From: Sphaerodactylus townsendi
Lineage: Eukaryota
Direction: 5' to 3'
Assembly (NCBI RefSeq): GCF_021028975.2
Contig: NC_059425.1
Coordinates: 96,906,001 to 96,970,000, forward strand
Length of the DNA stretch: 64,000 nt
In this document: piece after piece, positions 9,377 through 19,720 of the stretch
How the letters are laid out: each line of letters opens with the position of its first letter
How positions within the stretch are numbered: position 1 is the stretch's first letter
Program-made: the position numbers and the translations under genes
The notes under the pieces: model-generated
Databases searched by the model: none
Seen by the model: the letters and a program-made list of their open reading frames with translations, nothing else
Told to the model about the DNA's origin: nothing

Positions 9377-10874
9377 CAGTTTGCCCTAAAACACAAGTGA
9401 GTAATTTATTCAGTGGCCTTTTCCCCAAGTACAGTTTTGTTTGAGCTTTAAAAAATTAGGCATGACTAGCTTCAATAGAATGGGAATAGGGGTGTGCATT
9501 GAATACAACTATTATGAATGCAGATTTTGATTCACATTTGGGTCTTCATGCACTCTGCAGCCACAGTTCCTAAGTCATCTTTCTGAAGTCTGTTTATGTG
9601 TATGGATCTTTTTAGGGGGACTGAGGTATGTATTAACAACTTTTTTTTTGAAAAAAACACAGCCCCTCTCTTTAAAGAGGTGCTTTAATTGCATCTATCT
9701 TTGTCCTTGTGTTGAGCTTGTTACCATGGTATATGAATTACTATGATCAATAATGCCATGAAATTAGAGGTTCATGGAATACAACCTAACAATTACCCAC
9801 AATCACTTTCCTGATCTTAGAACAAGGGAACCCAAAGTCTTAAACTGTGGCTGCAGGATTTTCAGGTTTCCAAATATTTGTTCTTCCAATTAAGCAGATG
9901 GAGAGCCTGCTGGTAACGAGCAAGCAGGCTTCAGAACTTCTTCTGCAACTAATTTCTGCCTAGACTGAAATAAATTATGCTGCAGCAATTTGTTATCAAG
10001 GTAAATAACATCATGTGCCACTTGGCAAAGTGCCTAACAACAACAACAACAACAGAAAACCTAAGAAGTGTTCAGAAGTATCATACCTAGTGGGAGATAT
10101 TTTGTCACTACCGTAACAAATGCAATGCAGCAAAAAGCCGGCAGCAGAAGGGAATGCTTTCTTATCTAAGTGCTCTGGAGGATATTTGCTGATCAATCCT
10201 ATGAAAGGATGATATGCTTATGTGTGTCCAGGGGATGAAATAACAAGCCTGGGGGCAATAAGGCTCTCATATCATCTTTGTGAATTTTACAAATGCAGCA
10301 TGAAGCTTGGTGTGACTCAGCCGAAATGGAATTCTTAACACATGCATTTTACATGATAGTTCAATGAGGGCTTTTTCAGGCAGCTCTCTAATATCATGGG
10401 ATGCTGGTTTATAGGCAGTTTTTATCACATTGGTATATGCCACAACACATTTTGTGAACCGTTTGAGGCAGGCCGTAAAGCCCTAGAATATGAGAATTTC
10501 AAGGCTATTTGATTTGCATTCTTTTGTAAACATTCTGCTCTTTTTGAGCATTGGTAGGAACAAAAAATAATGATAAACTTTAGGAACTCCTGAAGGAATG
10601 TAGCTTACAGCCTGGTTCTATGCCTGTTTATGCAGCACCAAGTTCTACTGAACAAATAAATGTAGGATTGCAGCATGGACTCTTACATGAAGTAAACAAT
10701 ACTCTGTTGGATCAGGGTGTTTTATTTGCCTGCACTCTTCTGACTGACATTAATGGTAGTTAATCCCTGAGTCCTCCTGCAGAACTTGCTATTTAAAAAT
10801 AAGTGTCACTAAACAAAGTGAGATGGACTAACCAAAGCACACGCTGGATCATCCTCACATTTGCACATATCCTG

Positions 10875-11570
10875 CCATTTATTAGCTGTCTTTCTAACTT
10901 GCAGAACTCAAGGCAGCTTATAATATAAATAAAACAATTATGAAAAACACATAAAAGATTACAATTTTTAAATCTCCAATTAAAACTGTCAATAAATAAA
11001 AACTAAATTAGTCAAATGCAATCTTACATGAAGCTGTCTTCAACTGCCACTTGAATATCAAAAGTGAGGCGGCCAGGTGCACCTCCCTGGTAAGGTTGTT
11101 CCCCAATTGCAAGGCTGACACCATAGTATGTCCTCTCTTGTGCGCACACAAGCTGACCTTATTTGATTGGTGGAACAGTCAGGATGACCTCCCCTGATTG
11201 GTGGAACAGTCAGGATGACCTCTTAATGTATGGGAGAAGATGGTTCTTCAGATACCCTGGTCCCAAGCCAAGGTAGGTCTTTAAAAAGCTTAACCAATTA
11301 TATCTTGAACTGGACTCATGAGCAGTTCAGTAGTCAGTGTAATTGCTGTAGTATTGGGATCACATGGTCTTGGTAGCTGGCCTTGACCAGCAGTTTAGCT
11401 GCAACATTCAGCATTAGCTGCAGCTTCCGAATACAAAGAGAGTGAATCAGGAACAGACATAGCTGATGGACCACCCAAAGCTGGACAAAAGCACTCTGAG
11501 CCACTGTAGCTATCTGGTTTTCAAAGGTGATTGCTGTGTCAAGCAGCATTCCCAAACTTGGAAAGCACCA
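10875..11570 (-). mobile_element. L2-clade LINE 3' fragment
   Basis: ORF 11334..11555 (LLDTAITFENQIATVAQSAF..RKLQLMLNVAAKLL..DHVIPILQQLH) matches the L2 ORF2 C-terminus. It contains an internal 28-bp tandem duplication at 11164-11222. Confidence 0.8.
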
Positions 11571-12252
11571 TATCCGTCACCATATCCGTCAGCAATATTC
11601 TGTCAGGCCCTCATGGCTGGAATACTTAATGGACTTTCTGCTCTTATATAGGATTGCCAGGCCATCTCTGAGGCAGGAGATCCCCCAACCCCCAGGCTAT
11701 ACACCCACCTATCAGTAGATGGGTGGGGAGATTTAATGGCAGCTGGTGACACCTAGCCCTGCATTTCAACCATGTCACTGGCAGCAAAAGAGTCTTAGGC
11801 TGGTGTCACCAGCAACATGGTAATGCCACTTCTAGAGTACACTGGAACTGATGTCATCACATCACAGGTGATATGGCAACACTTTGTTATTTGAGTCGAA
11901 ACTCTTATATAAAAATGGATTCTATGATAGGGTGTTTGCACAAATAAGAGAGTATTGCTGTGTTGCCATGTGATAACATCACATCTACTGCATGCAGTAA
12001 ACAACACTGCTGTGTGATTGGTGACATGGTTGAAATGACAGAAAAGAGCTCCCTTGCTCCCAGTAGGGACGTCCCCAGCCTCCGCACTTTCAAAAGCCTG
12101 CTTTCAAAAGCTCTGGCTTTCAAAAGCCAGCTTTCAGGGAGGGAGGGGGCAGGGCTTGGTGGCATGTGGCTGGGGCTGGGGCTCCCGGTGCCCCCCATGT
12201 AACCGAAAGGCATGCACCCAGAGACATGGGTGTTCCCATGTCTCTAGGCCCC

Positions 12253-12430
12253 TGTGTTGAAGGTTTTCACAGACTAAATCAACTGAATGCTGCGGATTTT
12301 CCAGACTGTGGGGCTGTGGTTTGCTAGTTTTCGTTCCTAATGTTTCCCAATATCTATGGCTGGCATCTTCAGAGGAATGTAAGATGTGTAACTCAGTAAA
12401 ATGTGTTTCTCTCTATGACACAGTGTGGAG
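12253..12430 (-). mobile_element. Penelope-like pseudo-LTR fragment with hammerhead core
   Basis: Reverse complement of the repeat at 31134-31295. The minus strand reads cctCTGAAGAtgccagccatagatattggGAAACattagg. Confidence 0.7.
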
Positions 12431-13644
12431 TGTTTTGTGTAGCTAAGTATTTGTTTTGTCCACCTGTGAGGTGGGAGGATGAGATGCATTTGCCTTGTGT
12501 CCAGGTGAAATTTAATTGCAAATTTGCATTTGTATGTGTTTTGACCTGGTGGTCTGAATGTGTGTGACTCATCTCAGAAATCAGAGTGAGGTAAGATGAT
12601 GGGGAGTAGGGAAAGGTAGATCCAACTATATTAACAAACTGAAGTGCATTTGATTTTTCTTAAGCAAAGGGTGGGGGATTGGCAATTCTCCCCTCCACTT
12701 CAGACCCCACCAGTTGGTTCCTAAAGATCTGCTAAAAACCTGGAAGAAAATTTCAAGGGGTTAAATGATCTGGATTGGGAGGAAGTAGTGAAAAAAACTT
12801 AAGGGTAACTTAAATGTTCTTAACTGCATGGTTGTATCCGCCACACTGTATTTTAAATTTTATAATCTGTACATTTTATGGTAGATTTTATTTAATTGCA
12901 AGCTGCTTTACAGTAACACAAAGAAAAGTACATTAACGTACAATTTTGCAAACCTTTTTATCATAAGACATACTTTTTAGAGCTCTGCAATTGGATATAT
13001 AGCTCTTCAATGAGTGCATATTCAGTTGGAAAAATGCACCCATCATGGCAGAGGTTTGAAGGGCCTCTGAGTTTCTAATTATCCAAACATTTTAGTTAAA
13101 CCTCTGGCTAACTTGATAAATGGGGATCCTGTTCATAAAGCTGTTGGTGAAACAGAGTTTAAACTAGAAATAATACAGCAAATTATCAAACTGTCATATG
13201 GGAGAAAAGGCACATGAGTGGAAAAATAATAGCACCATATGACACATTTGGAGGAATGCTCTTTTACAAATATAGAGATTTGTCACTCTTCAGTGGAACT
13301 GTGCATTCAAAACAGCCTTTCCTCAAGCAACTATTTATAAGAATTACATTCTGGGATATTTCATGCATTTTTTCTGACAGTGGTCAGTACCCTGTTAACC
13401 AGAAGAGAGAGAGAGACAGAACTATCCAATCCAATCAAGCTTTGTGTCTCTTAGGAAAACAGGGCTTTTTTTTGGTAGCAATACTCAACAGTATGGAATA
13501 CCAGCACATTTTGAGGGGGCTGTCTTAAGTCCTGAAAGGGAAACTGATGGAAATCAATATGAACACGCACACTTTTTGAAAACTAAAACCACACTGGGTG
13601 TTAATAAGCCATTTTGCTGGTAACATCGTGTCAGACTGAAGTTC

Positions 13645-14257
13645 GTTTTTTAAAAAAAATTATTGATTTAACAATAACATTTTTACATTAAATTCAATAC
13701 AACATTGTATATACATTTTGTTAATTTTGAGAATAAACATTAAAGAATAAGGAGGGGGAAAAGTAACAATCATTTACATATATATGAAAAGAATTCATTA
13801 ACATTAGAATTGATTGTAACTGTAAAATACAATAAATATGTGAAAATTACTTAATCAGATTATTAATTAACGATAAATATCTAATTCCTTATATAAAAAT
13901 TCAGCTTGTGCATTACCTTAAATTAAAAATTTAATATTTTGTTATATCAAAATAGAAAAATCATGTTCATTAACTGCATTTTCAGATTATCATTAGCTAT
14001 TTATGTATTATTAGATAACTAATCAAATAAGTCATTTTAACAAATAACATATGTAATATCTTAAATTTATCTTTAAAATATAGTATTAATTAAATTAAAG
14101 TCTGTACATTATATTTGGGACGTATATTCTAACATCTTTGTTATTCATATATTTGATAAATACGTTCCAAGTTTTATCAAATTTCTCTGGATTATTTTTC
14201 AGTTTCCATGTTAATTTGTCAATTGATATTATAGATGTTATTTTATTTTCCCAACTT
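13645..14257 (-). mobile_element. L1/Tx1-type LINE 3' end (5'-truncated)
   Basis: WENKITSIISIDKLTWKLKNNPEKFDKTWNVFIKY resembles the C-terminus of squamate L1 ORF2. It is followed by a very AT-rich 3' UTR and an A-rich tail (T-run at ~13646 on +). Confidence 0.65.
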
Positions 14258-14447
14258 TCCAATGCTTTATTATGCCAGTTTTCTGTTCTTTCTTTTAAAG
14301 TTCTACTTTGGTATTCTTTTTTTGTAGCTGATACCTTCCATAAGTTCAGATTTTTGACTTCTTTCAGGGCTGGTTGATGAGTGCCCTTGATGTAATCTGC
14401 CAAAGCATGCTTTTCTTCTTCTACAGTTTGTTTTACTTGCAGTAATC
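14258..14447 (-). mobile_element. R4/Dong-clade LINE internal fragment
   Basis: The minus strand reads LLQVKQTVEEEKHALADYIK...ENWHNKAL, the post-RT region of R4/Dong elements. It abuts a (TAA)n tract. Confidence 0.65.
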
Positions 14448-14469
14448 ATTAATTATTATTATTATTATT

Positions 14470-14977
14470 ATTGTAGATTTCACAGCTGTTATTAATATTA
14501 TTGTTGTTGTTGTTGATTTCACAGCTGCCAGATCTTTAGCTGGTTGTTGGCCTTCATTACAATTCGAGCCTCACCCAGAAGCCTAGGAAGTTGTAATGTA
14601 TCGGCGTAGTATTCGTGCAGAGATCCAGCAGGGGCTCCCCTTCTTGAGCACAGATGTTAATTTTGTCAATCTCAAGATGTTTCCAAGTGCTGCCCTAGTA
14701 GCTGATTTAAGGATTTGAAGCGTAGCCGATTAGCCATCTGGCATTTAGTTTGAGCCGAAAGTTATAGAGGTTGAGTTTCTCGATTTTCAAATCATGGTAT
14801 CTAGGGACCTTCTTTTTCAATGACCCGGCTGTCACCAGGGACTGCTATGTCGATGATGGTCATTGAAAAAGAACACGAGAAGGTCACTAGATACCGCGAT
14901 TTGAAAATCGAGCTTCAGTGTCTATGGCACAAACCAGCTGAGGTCGTCCCAGTGGTAATCAGCACGCTGGGCGCCAT
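14470..14977. mobile_element. R4/Dong 3' end (minus strand) with an inverted duplicated piece on the plus strand
   Basis: The minus strand has IIDIAVPGDSRVIEKE...ARILRRYITTS*. The plus strand at 14858-14977 has VIEKEHEKVTRYRDLKIELQCLWHK..VVPVVISTLGA. Confidence 0.7.
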
Positions 14978-15051
14978 TGTTGTTGTTATTATTTTTGTTG
15001 TTGTTGTTGTTTGTTGTTGTTGTTGGTGGTGTTGTTGTTGGTGTTGTTGTT

Positions 15052-15651
15052 ATACACATAATAACACAGCACAAGTGTCTGGAATTTATCTCTGAATATC
15101 GAGTCCTTCCCAAGGACCTAGGATATTAGAGGTATTTGTTAGAATGTGTGCAGTTACTAGAAGTGCTGTTTTCTGCAGCATGTGGACTGATATTCTGTCC
15201 AAGTTTAGGCTTTCCAGATGTTTTTCAAGATTTCTTGCCATTTCTCCTAGAGAACCAACTACTATTGGGATTACTGTTGTTCTTTTTCGCCACAATAGTT
15301 CGACTTCAATTTGTAGGTCTTTGTATTTCGTGATCTTTTCTAGCTCTTTGTCCTCTACCCTGCTGTCAACTAGCACTGCAACATCTATGATCCAAACATG
15401 TTTTTTCTCTACCACTGTTATGTCTGGGATGTCATATGCCAGGTGTTTTTCTGTCTGTATTCTAAAGTCCCAGAGTATTTTTGCTTCTTCATTTTCTGTG
15501 GTATTTCTTCTCTGGCTTGTGCTCATACCAGGTCTTGCTACAGGGCAGGCCATACTTTTTGCAAAGGTTCCAGTGCACCATTGCTGCTAGCCTATTGTGA
15601 CATTTGAGATAGTCAGTTTGGGCTATTTTCTTGCAACAGCAGATGATGTGC

Positions 15652-15652
<1 letters not shown>
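15052..15652 (-). mobile_element. R4/Dong LINE, 5'-truncated, with restriction-like endonuclease domain
   Basis: HIICCCK..HNRLAAMVHWNLC (zinc-knuckle end) is followed by KILWDFRIQT..PDI..IIDVA..DSRVEDKELEKITKYKDL, a PD-(D/E)xK RLE. The 3' end abuts a microsatellite. Confidence 0.85.
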
Positions 15653-15714
<62 letters not shown>

Positions 15715-15717
<3 letters not shown>

Positions 15718-15923
15718 CACATAACAACACAGCACAAGTGTCTGGAATGCATCTCTGAATATCGAGTCCTTCCCAAGGACTCCAGTAGGATATTAGGAGG
15801 TATTTATGAGAATATGTGTGAGCCTTTCTAGAAGTGCTGCTTTCTGCATGTGGACTGATGTTCTATCCAAGTTTAGGCTTTCCTGATGTTTTCAAGACTT
15901 TGGGATTCCTCCCAGAGCAATCA

Positions 15924-15924
<1 letters not shown>
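15715..15924 (-). mobile_element. R4/Dong 3' end, copy B (~210 bp)
   Basis: Direct repeat of 15052-15260, flanked by (ATT)n on both sides. Confidence 0.85.
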
Positions 15925-15987
<63 letters not shown>

Positions 15988-15990
<3 letters not shown>

Positions 15991-16195
15991 CACATAACAA
16001 CACAGCACAAGTGTCTGGAATGCATCTCTGAATATCGAGTCCTTCCCAAGGACCTAGGATATTAGAGGTATTTGCGTAGAATATGTGCAGTTCCTAGAAG
16101 TGCTGCTTTCTGCAGCATGTGGACTGATGTTCTGTCCAAGTTTAGGCTTTCCAGATGTTTTTCAAGATTTCTTGGGATTCCTCCTAGAGCACCGA

Positions 16196-16196
<1 letters not shown>
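15988..16196 (-). mobile_element. R4/Dong 3' end, copy C (~209 bp)
   Basis: Direct repeat of 15052-15260, flanked by (ATT)n on both sides. Confidence 0.85.
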
Positions 16197-16272
<76 letters not shown>

Positions 16273-16275
<3 letters not shown>

Positions 16276-16355
16276 TTTGTGGCTGCCAGTTTTTTAGCTG
16301 GTTGTTGGCCTTCAATTCAATTCAATTCAATTCAAGCCTCATCCAGAGGCCTAGG
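16273..16355 (-). mobile_element. R4/Dong 3' UTR fragment of the second subfamily
   Basis: gctgccag..tttagctggttgttggccttca..gcctca.ccaga.gcctagg is shared with 14520-14587. Confidence 0.65.
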
Positions 16356-19300
16356 TTGAATTTATTGAATGTAGTATATCACCCACCGCCGAAGGGCTCT
16401 GGGCAGTGCACAATAAAACCAAAACAATCAACACAAAACAGAACCAATATACAATATATATATATGATTGGGGAAAAAACCATGTTGAAATACATGAAAC
16501 CATCTGGAAATTGGGTAATGTGTAGAGTGGACCAATGGAGAGAATGCTTGCTCAATATCTCCATTAGCTGGGCCAGCATGCAAAATAAAAATATGAAATA
16601 AAGCCTGTCGTCTAATTTGCTTCTTACTTTAGAATCCACCATATTCTTGTAGCACTGTAGGTTTTCCCTTCTTGGAGATCTTTCCCACAGTATTTACAGT
16701 AAGTCTAGCCCAAAGTGGCTGTGATCCAGAAGGGACCTATTAAATCTCTAATTGTAACAGCATGACCAATACATCTAAATGTAGAATTGTGTAGTTCTCA
16801 CTGGTTTTGCATGCTGAGTGACTATTACTATTAACAATTAAATGGGCCATTGTGCTAAGTATATAGCTGATGTAGAAATACTTCTGCTTAAAAGAAAGAG
16901 GGGAGACAGTTTGAGTTTCTATCTTTGCTAAAGCTACTATGAATATGGGAAAGATTCCTGAACAAGAGCTGTTAAAATATCACTGCTTTTTATTTTTGCA
17001 ATTTAACCTTGAGTATTTCAAAAACAAACCTACTCCACACCAAATATTTAAACTGTGATGAGAGTCTTGTTGATCTTCTTACTGAAATGGTATCTCTGAG
17101 TCATTGCTTTCTTGCAGAGTCAGATTTTCAGCAGGCAATGAGGTAAGTTAAAAAAACAACCTATCATCTGCTAAAACTGTGAGATGAAGTGAAAGGACAA
17201 CTACACTATTTTTGACCAGCAGTTATATGCACAGAAGTTGATAAATGTTATATTTTTGAAGATGCAAAATGGTTATAATGTTGATTTACTAAAGAAATTT
17301 CTGAGTAATCCTAACAGAGTAGCACCCTTCTGGGCCTACAGATTTGAATGGATGTAGGAAGAAACTGCACTCTTATATCCTCCTATATGAAGAGTTTGAG
17401 ATCCTTACAAAACCAAAGGGACACATTATTTGTTTATTATTTATAAAAAAAAATAGGAATTTGCCTGAAATGGGTTACATAATACTATGTAATAAAAATA
17501 TAAACCATTAAAAGTTACTAATTGGAGTCCAGCATTAAAAACCCAAAATTTAAAACCTAGCCAAAACATAAAAGCAGAGATAATTGTGCAGCTTGAAATA
17601 ACCATTTTCAGACTAAAACCACATGATAAAATAGTGTTAAATCCCTTACAACTTGGCATGGGTCCTAAAACAGAGATCCAACTAACATAAGCCCACTTGT
17701 TGATGTGCAAATAAACATACCACATTCATTCACATCATTTGTCCAGTCAGTTTTTGCTAGCCTTACTATTGTAGGCATTCCTGCTTTGTGTAGTTTCTCC
17801 TCAAGGGCTTGTTTATCAGTCCTAAATTTCTTTCTCCATCCAAGGATTCATGTCCCTCTCTTTTGCTGTCCTCCCATGGCCTCATCCTTTCCTAATGGAA
17901 AAGAATCATTGGGATAATTAGTAACATTGTTTTAGCCTTCTGCTTAAAAGAGGAAAATTAGAACTCTTATTTCCATTTGTTCCGGCCACATTTGTTTTCT
18001 TTTCTATTTCTATCTAGTATACATGATCAGTGGCATCTTGTTTATCAAATCTAATTAGGATTTCTCCTTATGTTAGATTTGATTTATGTAGTGCTTTATC
18101 TTTATTTGGTTTCTTTTCTCCTCCATTGTTTGGACACATTCTAGTTGTCTATAAGTGTGGAGGAGGGGGCACTCTGGTAATGGAAAACAACAAAATAAAT
18201 ATAATTCTGCCATGTGACAAGAAGGAGGTCCAGAAGAAAGCTTTAGAGTGCCTTGGAAGCATGAAATTTCTTTGCTTACAGCAATAAGCTAGACAGTTTA
18301 ATTTGCAAGTTTTCCTTCCCTTTAGTCTTATTTTTAGAGCTTTAGAGCCTGGCCTCCACAAATCTGGTTAAGCTGTACATTACAAGGTAACTGGTTGACC
18401 TTGAAGCAATCCTTTTTGAGCGAGAGGTGACTAACTGTTTGGCAGGCAGAATTTATGTCACTCTGGGGAATGCCAAGGGAGCACATGAACATAAATATAA
18501 TGTGGAAAAGGGAGCAGGAATCACAGATGGATCTGGTGGATAAGACCTGGGCCTGTGTTTTTGAGTAAGTAGGTCAAAGTGTGATAGTATCATCTCCTTT
18601 AGAAATACAATTCAGAATCTTGTTTGGACTGCATGTGATGCTAGACAGGCCTCATCAAGAGATAAAAAATTATCTCCATTATGCTGGCGAGGCTGCAGAG
18701 TAAGTGGAAAACTACGCATATATTATGAGACTGAGAGGGTTCTGAGGCAGAAATCAAAGGAAGATGGGATAGGTCACTGGAGACCAATTCTTGCTAAACA
18801 CACTGCTAAAGCGGTTGGAGGTCTAGGCTGTAGATAAGCACATCACTTACAAAAGCCTTTGTGCTGAAAATATATTGTTCCTGCAGTTACACTCTGAACC
18901 TATCTGTTTTTGTACTGGATAAGGAACAAGTATTGCAGTACCAACAAACTACCATAATTGGTGTTCTGCATTAGCACTGTCAGCTGGCAGAAGATGTTCA
19001 GTATGCATCAACACTGCTACACTGGCACCCATCCCTCAACCAGACACATCTCTGTGTAGGTTAGAGATCGATAAAATGGGACATTGGTGTAGGAATAGGA
19101 AAGAGTTCAGGATGGCTTGGTTGAGCAGCACCTGACCACCACTCAGCCAGTCAGGCTGCTACAGTCCTGCGGTCCCTGAACTATTTTACTAATTCATTAC
19201 TGTTCATGTTCTTTGTAGGGACATAATGACACCCCTTACTTTGTCAGTCACTTTTCGTCCAGCTCTCAAGTCCATCTCAGAGTTTATTTGCTTCTGGCTC

Positions 19301-19519
19301 CTAAAGCATCTTGCTATACTCTTGAATCAGGAGGCAGGAAATTATAGGCCCAATAGAAACAGATGGAAATGCAGCCAGGAGGACAAAAACAGTAATTTCT
19401 TTCATTTCTATGACTTATACAGAGAAATAATGAACTCCAATTTTGTTTAAAAATATATCCCCAACCCCTACTTTAGATATGAACTGGTGGTCTCATACAT
19501 GGTGTCCTCATACATGTGT

Positions 19520-19720
19520 TCATACATGAAAGCATGAAGCTGCTATATACTGTTGCTGGATCAGGCTATTCATACATAAAAGTCAGTATTGTTTCTCAGA
19601 CTGGTAAAGTCTTAGGAAGACGTCTATCACATCACCCGATCATTTTACCTAAAGTTGCCAGCGATTGAACCTGGGTCTTTCTCCATGCCAAGCAGATGCT
19701 CTAACACTGAGCCATGGCCC
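19520..19720 (-). mobile_element. tRNA-head / CR1-tail SINE
   Basis: attgaacctgggtc..agcagatgctctaacactgagcca is the reverse of the tRNA A/B boxes. Tail is catgaagctgc. Confidence 0.7.

Larger units (their letters stand above)
15653..16272. repeat. (ATT/TAA)n microsatellites at 15653-15714, 15925-15987 and 16197-16272
   Basis: Perfect trinucleotide runs. Related tracts are at 14448-14472 and the (GTT)n run at 14978-15051. Confidence 0.97.

Noticed and set aside
15052-16272. Repeat-spacer periodicity resembling a CRISPR array
   Set aside because: The units are ~200-600-bp LINE 3' ends separated by microsatellites. The context is eukaryotic and there are no cas genes.
15489-16359. ORFs with poly-Ile, poly-Tyr and poly-Leu tracts
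   Set aside because: They are translations of (ATT)n microsatellites between Dong fragments.
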